From NCBI GenBank assembly GCA_016699995.1, contig CP064996.1:138357-202356 (forward strand): 64,000 bases of DNA. The letters run 5' to 3'. The DNA comes from a bacterium. GTDB lineage: Bacteria > Patescibacteriota > Doudnabacteria > UBA920. The notes under the pieces are model-generated. The model saw only the letters and a list, made by a program, of their open reading frames with translations. It was not told the DNA's origin and did not search any database. Shown here one piece after another: positions 1 to 9,367 of the stretch (position 1 is the stretch's first letter; every line of letters starts with the position of its first letter). Made by a program: the position numbers and the translations under genes.

Positions 1-68
1 AGAATTACTGCTTGCATAAATTTTTGCTTTAAAATTTATGGTCAATCTAAGCAAGCTAAGATTGATCG

Positions 69-145
69 TGGTGCACCCGGCAGGATTCGAACCTGCTACC
101 TTCTGGTTCGAAGCCAGACACTCTATCCAAATGAGCTACGGGTGC
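69..145 (-). tRNA. tRNA-Arg (anticodon TCG)
   Basis: Reverse complement reads GCACCCG-TA-GCTC-ATTTGGATA-GAGT-G-TCTGG-CTTCGAA-CCAGA-...-GGTTCGAATCC-TGC-CGGGTGC-A-CCA. This is a canonical cloverleaf. The 7-nt anticodon loop CTTCGAA gives anticodon TCG. CCA is encoded. Confidence 0.8.
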
Positions 146-222
146 ATAATATCAAAATTTTACCCCAAATACAGCGCCCTGACAAGTACTCTCGGCTCGC
201 TGGGCCATGGTATAATCTACAT

Positions 223-1149
223 ATGTTAATTGTACTTTTGGGCGAAGATGTTTACGCCAAACAGGAATATTTACAGAATATAATAGAGAAGTCCGAGTTA
301 GAAATAGCCCGGTATGACGCAACCATGCCATTGCCCAAGCTTGGCTCTTTGGCGGGCCAGAGCTTGTTTGGTGCCGGCCAAATTCATATCTTCAGCCATT
401 GCCTAGGCCAGTACGATTTGCCGGAATTGGAATCTGCAGCTAAGGGCACTAGTCAGATTGTGTTTATAGAGGACACCTTAGATAAGCGCTTAACCAAAAC
501 AAAGCAGCTGATGAAGATAGCGGAAGTGAAAGAATTTTTGGCTCCTGCTCCGGAGGTTGCTGCCAAGTGGATTGTAAGCCATGCGGAAAGCATAGGCATA
601 ACTATTCAGCCGGCTGCGGCTGCGGAAATGTCGCTGCGCTTGATAGGGGAGACAAAAAAGAACTTATCTACCACTGCTGCGCATAATGAGCTGCTTAAGC
701 TTTGGGCCTTTGCCGGAGAGAAAACCATCACAAAGCAAATGGTTGAAGAACTGACTCCGAAAGATTTAGCCATAGATTTATTTGCACTGCTGGATAGCAT
801 TGGACAAAAGAACAAGCCTGCAGTTGTGAGACTGCTCCAGCAATATTACGATTCTAGTAGCGAAGACGACAAAACTCTCACTATCCGTTTGTCTGCGCTA
901 TTGGCCGACCAATTGCGGAGCATTATGATTGTAAAACAGGCAAGCGAGCAAAGATTATCCGATAACGACCTTCTAACAGCAACAGGCTGGAAGAGCGGGC
1001 GGTTATTCATCATGAAAAAACTGGCTAATAACTTTTCGGCGCAGCAATTATCTGGGGCATTAAACAAATTTTATAATCTTGATAAAGAATTAAAAAATTC
1101 CAACTTACCGCCCCGCATAGTAATCGACATGATAGTTGCAGTAATTTAA
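223..1149 (+). CDS. holA: DNA polymerase III delta subunit (HolA-like)
   Basis: A protein of about 308 aa. The N-terminal 'LLGEDVYAKQEYLQNI' resembles the HolA 'LYGEE.YLL.E' motif, and a C-terminal helical region resembles the HolA C-domain. The ATG at 223 is in frame with track ORF 142..1149. Upstream alternatives would overlap the tRNA. TGGTATAAT sits 7 nt upstream. Confidence 0.55.
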   Translation: MLIVLLGEDVYAKQEYLQNIIEKSELEIARYDATMPLPKLGSLAGQSLFGAGQIHIFSHCLGQYDLPELESAAKGTSQIVFIEDTLDKRLTKTKQLMKIAEVKEFLAPAPEVAAKWIVSHAESIGITIQPAAAAEMSLRLIGETKKNLSTTAAHNELLKLWAFAGEKTITKQMVEELTPKDLAIDLFALLDSIGQKNKPAVVRLLQQYYDSSSEDDKTLTIRLSALLADQLRSIMIVKQASEQRLSDNDLLTATGWKSGRLFIMKKLANNFSAQQLSGALNKFYNLDKELKNSNLPPRIVIDMIVAVI

Positions 1150-1172
1150 TATTTGTGCTATAATAGTTACAC

Positions 1173-1256
1173 ATGTCTAAAAAAACTCTATTCTTCTGCA
1201 CAGCCATCGCCATCGCCGCTGCATTAACTTTCCCAGCGATCGCATTGTTAGCTTAA
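1173..1256 (+). CDS. Candidate micro-ORF encoding a 27-aa hydrophobic peptide (MSKKTLFFCTAIAIAAALTFPAIALLA)
   Basis: An extended -10 (TGcTATAAT, about 1156-1164) lies 8 nt upstream of the ATG, which suggests leaderless expression. An imperfect hairpin followed by a T-run lies downstream (about 1262-1292). The ORF is below the 60-aa cutoff of the ORF track. Confidence 0.25.
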   Translation: MSKKTLFFCTAIAIAAALTFPAIALLA

Positions 1257-1323
1257 TTTTAAAATCCTTTTGCTTCGCATGAGGATTTTTTAAATAAAAT
1301 TAATCAATAAACATCATAAAATC

Positions 1324-1923
1324 ATGATGAAACAAATTACCAAAGCGAGAGTGGCAAAAATTGCCGCTAGTGCCGCTATTTCTGTGAGTTTATTAGCTCC
1401 TTCGGCAGCCTTTGCCATTACTGCAAACAGCGATACCAAAGACTCCGGACAGGCCAGAACTAACAAGCCTATCGAATTTCAGGGCGGGCCCATTAAGCAG
1501 AAGACCCGATCCATAAAAGATTGCCAAGTGGATGCTAAGGCTATAAAAGAGACTTATCGTAAAGCCGTGCAGGCCAACGATAAAACTTATGCTGCCGCAG
1601 TCAAATCTTCTAATCAGACTGCTAGTGCTGCCACTAAGGCAGCGGCACAGGCTCGAAAAACTGCCACCAGTGCAGCTAAGTCTATAAAAGATAAGGATGC
1701 CCGCCAAGCTGCTTTAAAAAAGGCAGAAACCGATTACAAAGCAGCTACCAAAGCCGCGAAAGATGCCCAGAAGGCTTCTAAAGAAGCCGCAAACCAAGCG
1801 CGCAAAACTGCCAACAAAACTGCTGAGCAGTCTCGCGATGCGGCACTCCGCAACTCCGGCTGCGTTAAAGGCGCCAGTACAAATGGAGTTTTCGGTAGGG
1901 TTGCAAATTTCTTCAGTTTCTAA
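1324..1923 (+). CDS. Secreted Ala/Lys-rich repetitive protein of unknown function
   Basis: N-terminal signal peptide (MMKQITKARVAKIAASAAISVSLLAPSAAFA). The mature part is low-complexity A/K/T/Q-rich with recurring KAA/TKAA/AKK motifs. A terminator follows. Confidence 0.6.
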   Translation: MMKQITKARVAKIAASAAISVSLLAPSAAFAITANSDTKDSGQARTNKPIEFQGGPIKQKTRSIKDCQVDAKAIKETYRKAVQANDKTYAAAVKSSNQTASAATKAAAQARKTATSAAKSIKDKDARQAALKKAETDYKAATKAAKDAQKASKEAANQARKTANKTAEQSRDAALRNSGCVKGASTNGVFGRVANFFSF

Positions 1924-1933
1924 TTTAGAAATC

Positions 1934-1964
1934 AAAAGACGCACGAAATGTGCGTCTTTTTTAT
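1934..1964. terminator. Rho-independent terminator between convergent genes, probably bidirectional
   Basis: Stem AAGACGCAC / GTGCGTCTT with a GAAAT loop, followed by TTTTTTATTT. It lies between the stop at 1923 (+) and the typA stop at 1984 (-). Confidence 0.7.
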
Positions 1965-1983
1965 TTGGTGATAACTATTTAGT

Positions 1984-3813
1984 TTATAGGCCGCGCTTTT
2001 CTTTCTTACGGTCGTTAGGGTCGAGCAAACGTTTGCGGATGCGGATGCTTTGCGGTGTGACTTCTACAAGCTCGTCTGCGCCGATGTATTCCAAAGCAAA
2101 GTCTAAGGTAACTTCGCGAGGCGGAACCAATATAATGCCTTCATCGCTGCCCGAGGCTCGCATGTTTGTCAGTTTCTTGCCTTTGCAGATATTTACTTCT
2201 ATATCTGCTTCCAATGCATTTTTCCCAACTACTTGTCCCAAGTAAACTTCGGTGGCTGGGCCAACAAACATGATGCCTCGATCTTGAGCATTGTTGAGGC
2301 CATAGGCCGTACTGGTGCCGGACTCCGAAGCGATTAAGGATCCGTGCTGGTTGGTGGAGGTATCGATTTCGTGTACCGGGCGGTAGCTGTCAAAGAGATT
2401 GTTGATAATAACCGTACCTTTGGTGCGGGTAAGCAGTAAGTTTTTTAAACCAATTAAACCGCGCGTTGGGATAATGTATTCGGCGTGAATTTCTCCGCTC
2501 GGAGTGGTCTCCAAAATTTGCATCTCCCCGCCGCGCTTGCCGATTTCTTCTATGACGGCGCCTTGGTGTTCGCTTGGTACATCCACAGACAGGAATTCGT
2601 AAGGCTCTTTACGGACACCGTCTTCTTCGTGGAAAATAACCTGAGGCTGAGAAACTTGCATTTCGAAGCCTTCGCGGCGCATGGTTTCTATTAATACTGC
2701 CAAGTGCAGTTCGCCGCGTCCGGACACTAAGAATGAGTCGCCGGTAGCTTCTTCTACGCGCAGCGCCACGTTGGTTTCTAGTTCTTTGAAGAGGCGGTCG
2801 CGGATTTGCCTGGATGTGAGCAAATTACCTTCGCGTCCGGCAAATGGGGAAGTGTTTACCCCAAATGTCATTTTAATGGTCGGCTGTTCGATCTCGACTG
2901 GAGGAATTTGGCGCGGATTAGCTGTATCGGTAATAGTGTCGCCGATTTGCACGCCGTCGAAACCGCCAATCGCTACAATGTCTCCTGCTACGGCCTGGTC
3001 GACTTCTACGGTGTTTAAGCCTTCGTACATTAATAAGGAGGAAGCTTTGCCGTTGGTTTTGGTTCCCTCTCGAGAAATTAAAGTGATGTTTTGGGCTCTC
3101 GCCACGCTGCCGGAAGAAATTTTACCGATACCGATTTTACCTTTGTAGTTATCGTAACGCAGCGCTAAAACGAGCATAGCGAATGGGTCATCGGAGATGG
3201 TTGGTGCGGCAATATTGGAAACGATGGCTTCGAATACCGGAGTGATGTCTGGCGCCGAATTGGATTGAATTTTTTGCAGAGTTTCGGACGCATCGAGGCC
3301 GGCAATACCTTTGATGCCGCTGGCATAAAGAATAGGAAAGTCGAGCTGTTCTTCTGTTGCACCCAAAGACACGAACAGGTCGAAAGTCTTGTTAACTACT
3401 TCGTCAATCTGCGCCTCTGGCTTGTCGATTTTATTGATTACAACAATGGCTTTGTGGCCCAGTTCCAGCGCCTTTTTTAAAACGAACTTAGTCTGGGGCA
3501 TCGGACCTTCCTTGGCGTCTACTAATAATAGTACGCCGTCGGCCATTTTAAGGGTACGCTCAACTTCGCCGCCGAAGTCTGCGTGACCCGGGGTGTCGAC
3601 AATATTGATTTTGACCTCGTTGTAAATAAGAGAAGCATTTTTGGCGGTAATGGTGATGCCTCGTTCACGCTCGATGTCGCCGGAATCCATAATCAAAACA
3701 TCGCCGGCATCTTTAACGGTTTGGGTTTGTTTGAGCATGGCGTCTACTAGGGTGGTTTTGCCATGGTCAACGTGAGCGATGATGGCAACGTTTCGGATAT
3801 TGTCGCGGGTCAT
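1984..3813 (-). CDS. typA: Translational GTPase TypA/BipA
   Basis: 609 aa. N-terminal 'IRNVAIIAHVDHGKTTLVDAML' G1 motif, plus DTPGHADF, NKIDK and the EF-G-like domains II-V typical of BipA. Confidence 0.9.
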   Translation of the reverse strand: MTRDNIRNVAIIAHVDHGKTTLVDAMLKQTQTVKDAGDVLIMDSGDIERERGITITAKNASLIYNEVKINIVDTPGHADFGGEVERTLKMADGVLLLVDAKEGPMPQTKFVLKKALELGHKAIVVINKIDKPEAQIDEVVNKTFDLFVSLGATEEQLDFPILYASGIKGIAGLDASETLQKIQSNSAPDITPVFEAIVSNIAAPTISDDPFAMLVLALRYDNYKGKIGIGKISSGSVARAQNITLISREGTKTNGKASSLLMYEGLNTVEVDQAVAGDIVAIGGFDGVQIGDTITDTANPRQIPPVEIEQPTIKMTFGVNTSPFAGREGNLLTSRQIRDRLFKELETNVALRVEEATGDSFLVSGRGELHLAVLIETMRREGFEMQVSQPQVIFHEEDGVRKEPYEFLSVDVPSEHQGAVIEEIGKRGGEMQILETTPSGEIHAEYIIPTRGLIGLKNLLLTRTKGTVIINNLFDSYRPVHEIDTSTNQHGSLIASESGTSTAYGLNNAQDRGIMFVGPATEVYLGQVVGKNALEADIEVNICKGKKLTNMRASGSDEGIILVPPREVTLDFALEYIGADELVEVTPQSIRIRKRLLDPNDRKKEKRGL

Positions 3814-3900
3814 AAAATTATTTCATTAAAAAATGCCGGCATTTCCGGCAGGAATTCGTAGCATTATTATAGTCAATTTGATGGTTATTGTCAATAAAGC

Positions 3901-3932
3901 AAAATAAAAAAGAGTTAGCTGCTACTAACTCT
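3901..3932 (-). terminator. Rho-independent terminator for the 4715..3964 minus-strand gene pair
   Basis: On the minus strand: AGAGTTAGTAGCAGCTAACTCT hairpin followed by TTTTTTATTTT. Confidence 0.6.
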
Positions 3933-3963
3933 TGCTGTCGCTTTTGCGTGTCCATTAAACTTT

Positions 3964-4182
3964 TTATCGGTCTTCGGGTGGGAAGAGAAACTCGATTACT
4001 CTTCCTAGCGCGCCGATAATGACGAGCATCAAGCCGACTTTGGCTGTGCTGGATCCAATGGCCGCTGCATTTCCGCTACAGATGAAGAATATCGGAATGC
4101 TGGCCATTAAAAGAACCGCTCCGATTATAAGCATCCAGGTTATGACTCTGGAGCCAGTCTCCAGTTTGGTTTGGCTTGTCAT
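3964..4182 (-). CDS. Small two-TM membrane protein (72 aa), hypothetical
   Basis: Hydrophobic throughout. Overlaps the upstream gene by 4 nt, which suggests translational coupling. Confidence 0.45.
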   Translation of the reverse strand: MTSQTKLETGSRVITWMLIIGAVLLMASIPIFFICSGNAAAIGSSTAKVGLMLVIIGALGRVIEFLFPPEDR

Positions 4183-4715
4183 ACTGCTTCGGCTTCCTCG
4201 GCCATTTCTTCTTTTACCATCATTTGAACGTAATTTTTACCCAAGGTAGTTTGTATATAAATTTCATCCCGTAGTTCGGCGGGGGTAAGAGATCTGCCGC
4301 CTGCCATAAACTGAGGAGTGTCTTGATTAGGAAGCTCCTTAATTTGTACCATCTGACGTTCTCTCATTTCTGTATAGCGATCCCAGGGGACGTCCACGAA
4401 TGCCGCATAAGGATTTGCTGGTTGGTCGGCTTTTTTCAGTTCGCGGTTTTTTGCCGGCACCGGTTCTGTTGCATTGCCGTTATCTTCGTCATCATCACCG
4501 CCCTCGAGTTCTTCATTTTCGCCTTCGTCCTCGTCGTCATCGCCGAACGGCGACGTGTAAGCAATTGGCGGAAGCAGTCTATGGATGATGTAACAGAATC
4601 CTGATAGCACCAAAAGAGCAAAGGAGACAAAGAACAATACAGTTTCATTTGTGATAAGACCAATGATCGCGATAATGAACGCCACGATCATTAGAAAATT
4701 GGATGCTCGCAACAT
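4179..4715 (-). CDS. Membrane protein with a long acidic tract, hypothetical
   Basis: Two N-terminal TM helices. An acidic low-complexity segment (DDDEDEGENEELEGGDDDEDNG) precedes a conserved-looking C-terminal part. Confidence 0.5.
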   Translation of the reverse strand: MLRASNFLMIVAFIIAIIGLITNETVLFFVSFALLVLSGFCYIIHRLLPPIAYTSPFGDDDEDEGENEELEGGDDDEDNGNATEPVPAKNRELKKADQPANPYAAFVDVPWDRYTEMRERQMVQIKELPNQDTPQFMAGGRSLTPAELRDEIYIQTTLGKNYVQMMVKEEMAEEAEAV

Positions 4716-4809
4716 ATATTTCCTCCTGTGTTGTACTAACTATGAAAAATACCATATCGCTAGGGTAAAGTCAATATATTTGCTATAATGGTGAAGCAAA
4801 TACACCTAT

Positions 4810-5841
4810 ATGGCTTCACACAAAAACGTTCAAAATATTAGTTTTCTGGTACTCCTCATCGGAGCATCATTGTTCGTATTATTCATCCTAACTCCATTTT
4901 TTAATATCATTGCCATGGCTTTTATCTTGGCAATTTTGTTTTATCCGGTGTATAAATGGATCCTTAATCGAATCGGTTACCCGAGCTGGGCTAGTTTTCT
5001 TACTTTACTCACAATGGTGTTGATTGTAGCGTTGCCATTATGGCTGTTTGGTCAGTTATTGTGGAATGAGATTCAGGAAGCCGTGGATCAGATCCGAAAT
5101 GGCCAGTTGGTAGTCTCGCGCGATCAAATAGTCCAGAGTGTGCCGCAGCAGCTTCAAGAGCCAATAGAAAGCTTCTCTCGGGACATCAATGGTCTTGCCG
5201 AGCGATTCACTTCGCAGGCCTTTAGTTCTGCGACCGCCGTGCTTTCTAATGTGGCTAACTTTGTGCTGGGGATGTTCATCTTAATCTTTATGGTGTTCTT
5301 TTTGCTACGCGATGGAAACAAAATGTCGCATGTATTTATGGATCTTTCTCCCATTGCTTCTTCCCAGGAGCGTAAACTATTGGAACGCATAAAATCGGCC
5401 GTTAATGGCGTGGTTAAGGGCTCTTTCCTAATTGCTTTAGCACAGGGTGCAATAGCAACGATCGGGTTTTTAGTGTTTGGGGTACCTCAGCCTCTGCTGT
5501 GGGGTATGTTTACTGTTTTAACTTCGCTTGTTCCGAACGTAGGCACATCAATTTCCTTGGTGCCTGCGGTTATTTACCTCCTCGTTACTGGCAATACACC
5601 GGCCGCAATTGGGCTGGCCATTTGGGGTGCTGTCGCTGTCGGTACTGTAGACAACTTCTTGGGGCCAAAACTTATTGGTAATTCTTTGAAGCTCCATCCC
5701 GTATTGGTATTGCTGGCAGTGCTCGGCGGTATTAAGTTTTTTGGGATCCTAGGATTTTTGATAGGGCCCATACTGATGGCAGTATTTGTAGAATTGCTGG
5801 ATATGTACCGTACTGATTTTAAGGAGTATATTCGAGGCTAA
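4810..5841 (+). CDS. AI-2E family transporter (PerM/UPF0118-like permease)
   Basis: 343 aa with about 8 TM segments. The C-terminal pattern 'VDNFLGPKLIGNSLKLHPVLVLLAVLGG..FGILGFLIGP' is characteristic of the AI-2E family. Confidence 0.65.
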   Translation: MASHKNVQNISFLVLLIGASLFVLFILTPFFNIIAMAFILAILFYPVYKWILNRIGYPSWASFLTLLTMVLIVALPLWLFGQLLWNEIQEAVDQIRNGQLVVSRDQIVQSVPQQLQEPIESFSRDINGLAERFTSQAFSSATAVLSNVANFVLGMFILIFMVFFLLRDGNKMSHVFMDLSPIASSQERKLLERIKSAVNGVVKGSFLIALAQGAIATIGFLVFGVPQPLLWGMFTVLTSLVPNVGTSISLVPAVIYLLVTGNTPAAIGLAIWGAVAVGTVDNFLGPKLIGNSLKLHPVLVLLAVLGGIKFFGILGFLIGPILMAVFVELLDMYRTDFKEYIRG

Positions 5842-7124
5842 TGTTTGCTCTATATATATTGTTATTTTTAGCGGCGCCGCTCTATGTGTGGCGCTTTTCC
5901 ATTGCTCCCGGCTCGTATGAACTGCCGGCTAATTTCTTGATGCTGGCAGGTTTTGCGGTCATTGCAGCTGGGTTGTTAGAAGTTTTAGCTAGAAAACAAT
6001 TCTTAGCATTTTTAGATCATATAAAATCATTACCCAAAGCGGTTTTGGTTGGCGCCGGTTTGATATTAGTGGCAAGTATCATTTCTTTAATGGCCTTTGG
6101 CGTAACTCCAGAAAAAATTGGGCAGTGGGTTGTGTTGTATGCTCAGCCCCTGACGATATTTTTATTATTGAGTTTTTACACCGCGCGCAATCCGGGAGTA
6201 CTAAGAAAGCTAAGCTTGGCTGCCTATGCTTTGGTGTTTGCCGCCGGATGCGTAGCTGTTTATCAGTATTTCACTTTAGATACTTTGCCGGCAGCCTGGC
6301 AGGGGAATAGTGTAGAGCCAAAACGGGCCATAGCTTTTTTTGCTCACCCGAATGCGTTTGCTTTGTTTATGACTCCGGTCTTGGCCTGGTTGATTCCTGA
6401 TGCGGTTAAGCATTTTGGAAGAGTGTGGGAAATTTTTCGGAGCAGCAATTCGTGGTGGCAGCAACGATCGGAAATTTTGCAAAATAAGCTGGTAGTGTTG
6501 GCGTGGCTCGTGGGAGCGTTTGGATTATTTCTCTCCCTGTCGCGCGGGGCTTGGCTCGGCCTGGCTGCAGCCGCCACGGCATACGCAGTGCTTTCTGCAA
6601 ATAAAAAAGTTCTAATCACATTCGCCGCTATCGCGCTTATAGCAGCAGGCATTGTCGCCAGTGTGCCGAACTTGCGTTATCGTGCGATTCTTCCTTTTCA
6701 TGGAGAGAAATCATCAGTAGCTAGATTAAGCCTATGGGACACTGGCACAAAGATGCTGGCCGATAGCCCCGTGCTGGGCAAGGGCATATCCGGATTTGAT
6801 ATCAATTGGGACAAGTATAATACTGACCCGAATCTGGATCATTATAATTTTCCTCATAATATTTTCTTAAACTTTTGGATCGATTTAGGCTTAGCCGGCT
6901 TGGTGGGATTTGCGATCATAATAGCTTGGTCATTTTGGCGGGGGATTAAGAAGAGAAAGAATGATATTGCTATGGGATTGCTCTTATTCATGCTGGCCAC
7001 TACAATACACGGACTAATAGACATCCCATATTTAAAAAACGATTTGGCGCTGGTGTTTTGGATGGTTATGGCGGTGAGTGTCGCTTATCTGTCGCCCGAC
7101 CGGCCAGCGAAAGCAGAGCTTTAG
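5841..7124 (+). CDS. O-antigen ligase (WaaL/Wzy_C) family membrane protein
   Basis: 427 aa polytopic membrane protein with the Wzy_C-like motif 'LSLSRGAWLGLAAAA'. Its start overlaps the stop of the upstream transporter (ATGT at 5841). Confidence 0.5.
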   Translation: MFALYILLFLAAPLYVWRFSIAPGSYELPANFLMLAGFAVIAAGLLEVLARKQFLAFLDHIKSLPKAVLVGAGLILVASIISLMAFGVTPEKIGQWVVLYAQPLTIFLLLSFYTARNPGVLRKLSLAAYALVFAAGCVAVYQYFTLDTLPAAWQGNSVEPKRAIAFFAHPNAFALFMTPVLAWLIPDAVKHFGRVWEIFRSSNSWWQQRSEILQNKLVVLAWLVGAFGLFLSLSRGAWLGLAAAATAYAVLSANKKVLITFAAIALIAAGIVASVPNLRYRAILPFHGEKSSVARLSLWDTGTKMLADSPVLGKGISGFDINWDKYNTDPNLDHYNFPHNIFLNFWIDLGLAGLVGFAIIIAWSFWRGIKKRKNDIAMGLLLFMLATTIHGLIDIPYLKNDLALVFWMVMAVSVAYLSPDRPAKAEL

Positions 7125-7176
7125 CCATATTCTATTTAGGTATATAATATAGAGCAAAATTAAATAGGAGGATAAT

Positions 7177-8853
7177 ATGGGCTTAACTGCAAAAATGCGC
7201 GATTTTATCGTGGATGTGTACGAATTAAATCCGGCTTTCTTTGAAGCACGTTTAGAAAAAGCTAAAGTGTGGATTCCCGAATCTCAGATCATGATGAAGC
7301 GTGTCATATGTGAGCAAAGTTTTGCCATTGTCGCTCCAACTGGCGGCGGTAAAACCGTTATGGGTCAATTGACGGCGGTGCAGCTATCGCAGCGCTGTTT
7401 GTTTTTGGTTCCCATGCGCAGGCTTGCTAAGCGCCATCAAAAACTGTTCGAAGCAATTGGTTCTAAGCTTCCCACTCGGGTGATTATCGGCGAAACTCCG
7501 GTTAAGAAAAGAATTTGGGATAATCATGATGAGCGGGTGATTTTTGCCACCGGACAGGTGGTGATGGAAGAATTAAAAAAGAATCCTGAGCTGTTAAAAA
7601 ATTTCGGGCATGTAATTTTTGATGAATTCCATAATGCGGCAACAGGCACCCATGCTTATTCACAAATCGCCGTAAGGGCGAAAATGGAGAATCTCTCGCG
7701 GATTGGCTTGTCTGCTTCGCCGGGTAATAGTAAAGAGAAGATTGGCCAAGCGATGAAGAATTGCTGCCTGGACCGAATCTATAATATTGCCATGCCGGTT
7801 ACTAGGCAAATTGCCAGCATTATTCATGTAGAGGAATTGCCAGGCAAGATTATCGGCCGGCACAGATATCTGGAAGAGCTGATCCAGAACGAAATGACTC
7901 GCTGCGCTTACATTTTTAATTACCAAGCCAGGGCGAAACTTGGGGTTTCGGTTTTCGTAGACCCGAAAAAGCATCTTGGCTACAAGGAGATTAAAAAGTT
8001 TCGCGAAGGACTTTTAGAATACATGCCAAATACGGCAATCGGCGAAAATTACAACTTGTTCGAAGATAAAGCGTCTGTTGGCCAGTTGCTAAGTACTTTG
8101 CGCGAATACGAAGTATGGGCGCATGTTTACGATCTGGTTCACAATGAAAGCTACGAAGCTTTCCGGAATTATTACCAAGAAACATTAGTTCCCAGCACTG
8201 CAGGTTACGCCATAAGGATGGTAAAGCGGGGAAGAATGGCAGACCTGATCGATCTGACTCAAAATGCCGTCCACCCGAAAATGCATCTACTTTTGAAGAT
8301 GATGGAATCGTTGCAAAGGCGAGGTATGCAGGCTATTAATTTTGTGGCTAACAAGGCGACAGCTATGGGCTGCCACGCATTTTTGCAGACGAACAACGTA
8401 ACCAGCAATACTATGCTTGGCGGCGGGACCATGAAAGGAATAGATCAGGAAGCAGCTCTAGAAGCCATCGAAGACAAAAGGGTGCAGATTCTAAACGCTA
8501 CCACTGTGGTGCGCGAAGGCTTTGATCTTTCTGTGGATTGCGTCATCAATTATAACCCGCCGAAGAGCAGCATCGACCTTATTCAGCGTTCTGGCCGCGC
8601 CGGACGACATGACAAGCCAGCTGAGATCATTTACCTTGCTACAGCAGAGGAGAGGGTTAAGATTTATGCAGCGGACAGAAATGTTCGCCGTATGAAGCTG
8701 GCCGAGCTTTCGCAATTTGCTGGATCTTTGTTCCCTCAGGAATTTAATCCCGAAGAAGTATTCTTGGGTGATGATTTGGAAATAGGTGAAATTGAGGAGG
8801 AAGTTTATCTTCCGCCGGTTATGGCAGCAGGTTCGCAGCCTAATTTGTTTTAG
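7177..8853 (+). CDS. Superfamily-2 helicase (DEAH-like, Hef/ERCC4-helicase-like core)
   Basis: Motif I 'VAPTGGGKT'. Motif II 'IFDEFHNA'. Motif III 'SASPG'. Motif VI 'QRSGRAGR'. The SD is AGGAGG. Confidence 0.6.
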   Translation: MGLTAKMRDFIVDVYELNPAFFEARLEKAKVWIPESQIMMKRVICEQSFAIVAPTGGGKTVMGQLTAVQLSQRCLFLVPMRRLAKRHQKLFEAIGSKLPTRVIIGETPVKKRIWDNHDERVIFATGQVVMEELKKNPELLKNFGHVIFDEFHNAATGTHAYSQIAVRAKMENLSRIGLSASPGNSKEKIGQAMKNCCLDRIYNIAMPVTRQIASIIHVEELPGKIIGRHRYLEELIQNEMTRCAYIFNYQARAKLGVSVFVDPKKHLGYKEIKKFREGLLEYMPNTAIGENYNLFEDKASVGQLLSTLREYEVWAHVYDLVHNESYEAFRNYYQETLVPSTAGYAIRMVKRGRMADLIDLTQNAVHPKMHLLLKMMESLQRRGMQAINFVANKATAMGCHAFLQTNNVTSNTMLGGGTMKGIDQEAALEAIEDKRVQILNATTVVREGFDLSVDCVINYNPPKSSIDLIQRSGRAGRHDKPAEIIYLATAEERVKIYAADRNVRRMKLAELSQFAGSLFPQEFNPEEVFLGDDLEIGEIEEEVYLPPVMAAGSQPNLF

Positions 8854-8867
8854 GTAAATGCTCATTA

Positions 8868-8897
8868 ATAAAAACCGCTCATTATTTTGAGCGGTTT
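8868..8897. terminator. Bidirectional hairpin between convergent genes
   Basis: AAACCGCTC-ATTATTTT-GAGCGGTTT followed by T/A-rich flanks. The stop codon of the minus-strand gene lies in the loop. Confidence 0.5.
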
Positions 8898-9367
8898 AAT
8901 TTTGTAATTTTATCGATCAGCGCGGTCGTAGATTCGGTACGTTCGAAGTCGGGGACAATGACTAGCTTGGCGTCCGTGTTTTCTATGCCGTACACTTCGA
9001 CGTTTTTATAATCTTGGTTCTTGAAGATGAAATCGGCATTCAGTATTTCTGCAGCGTAGCCAAAGTCTTCTGCGGTTTCCAGAGTAAATGCAGCTGATAC
9101 GCACCTTACGCCTTCTATAATTGCTAAACGATCGGCTTCTGGCACAATCGGCCGTCCTGCGCCTTTGCGGTCTCGTACTAACTGATCCGAATCTACACCG
9201 ACTACTAAAAACCCATCATGGCCGCATCGCCGGTCACACGATAACAGGTACTGTAGATGTGCGCTGTGGAATATATCGAAGCTGCCCGAAGTTAATCCTA
9301 CAGTTTTGTCTTTATACATTTCCCGGACCAGTTCGACATCGGACTGATCATACAAATTAAAAATCAT
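8882..9367 (-). CDS. Cytidylyltransferase-family nucleotidyltransferase (heptose-1-phosphate adenylyltransferase / RfaE domain II-like)
   Basis: 161 aa. 'TSGSFDIFHSAHLQYL' is an HxGH-type motif, with 'GRPIVPEADR' downstream. This matches the HldE C-terminal domain pattern. Confidence 0.55.
   Translation of the reverse strand: MIFNLYDQSDVELVREMYKDKTVGLTSGSFDIFHSAHLQYLLSCDRRCGHDGFLVVGVDSDQLVRDRKGAGRPIVPEADRLAIIEGVRCVSAAFTLETAEDFGYAAEILNADFIFKNQDYKNVEVYGIENTDAKLVIVPDFERTESTTALIDKITKLNRSK

Noticed and set aside
38-229. Plus-strand ORF 38..229 and the 5' extension of 142..1149
   Set aside because: They overlap the minus-strand tRNA-Arg gene almost entirely. The holA-like reading frame gains a sensible start at 223.
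4323-4663. Plus-strand ORFs 4323..4604 and 4400..4588 and minus-strand ORF 4436..4663 overlapping the acidic-tract membrane protein
   Set aside because: Their composition, for example the His/Arg runs, is the mirror of the GAN-rich acidic tract. There are no translation signals.
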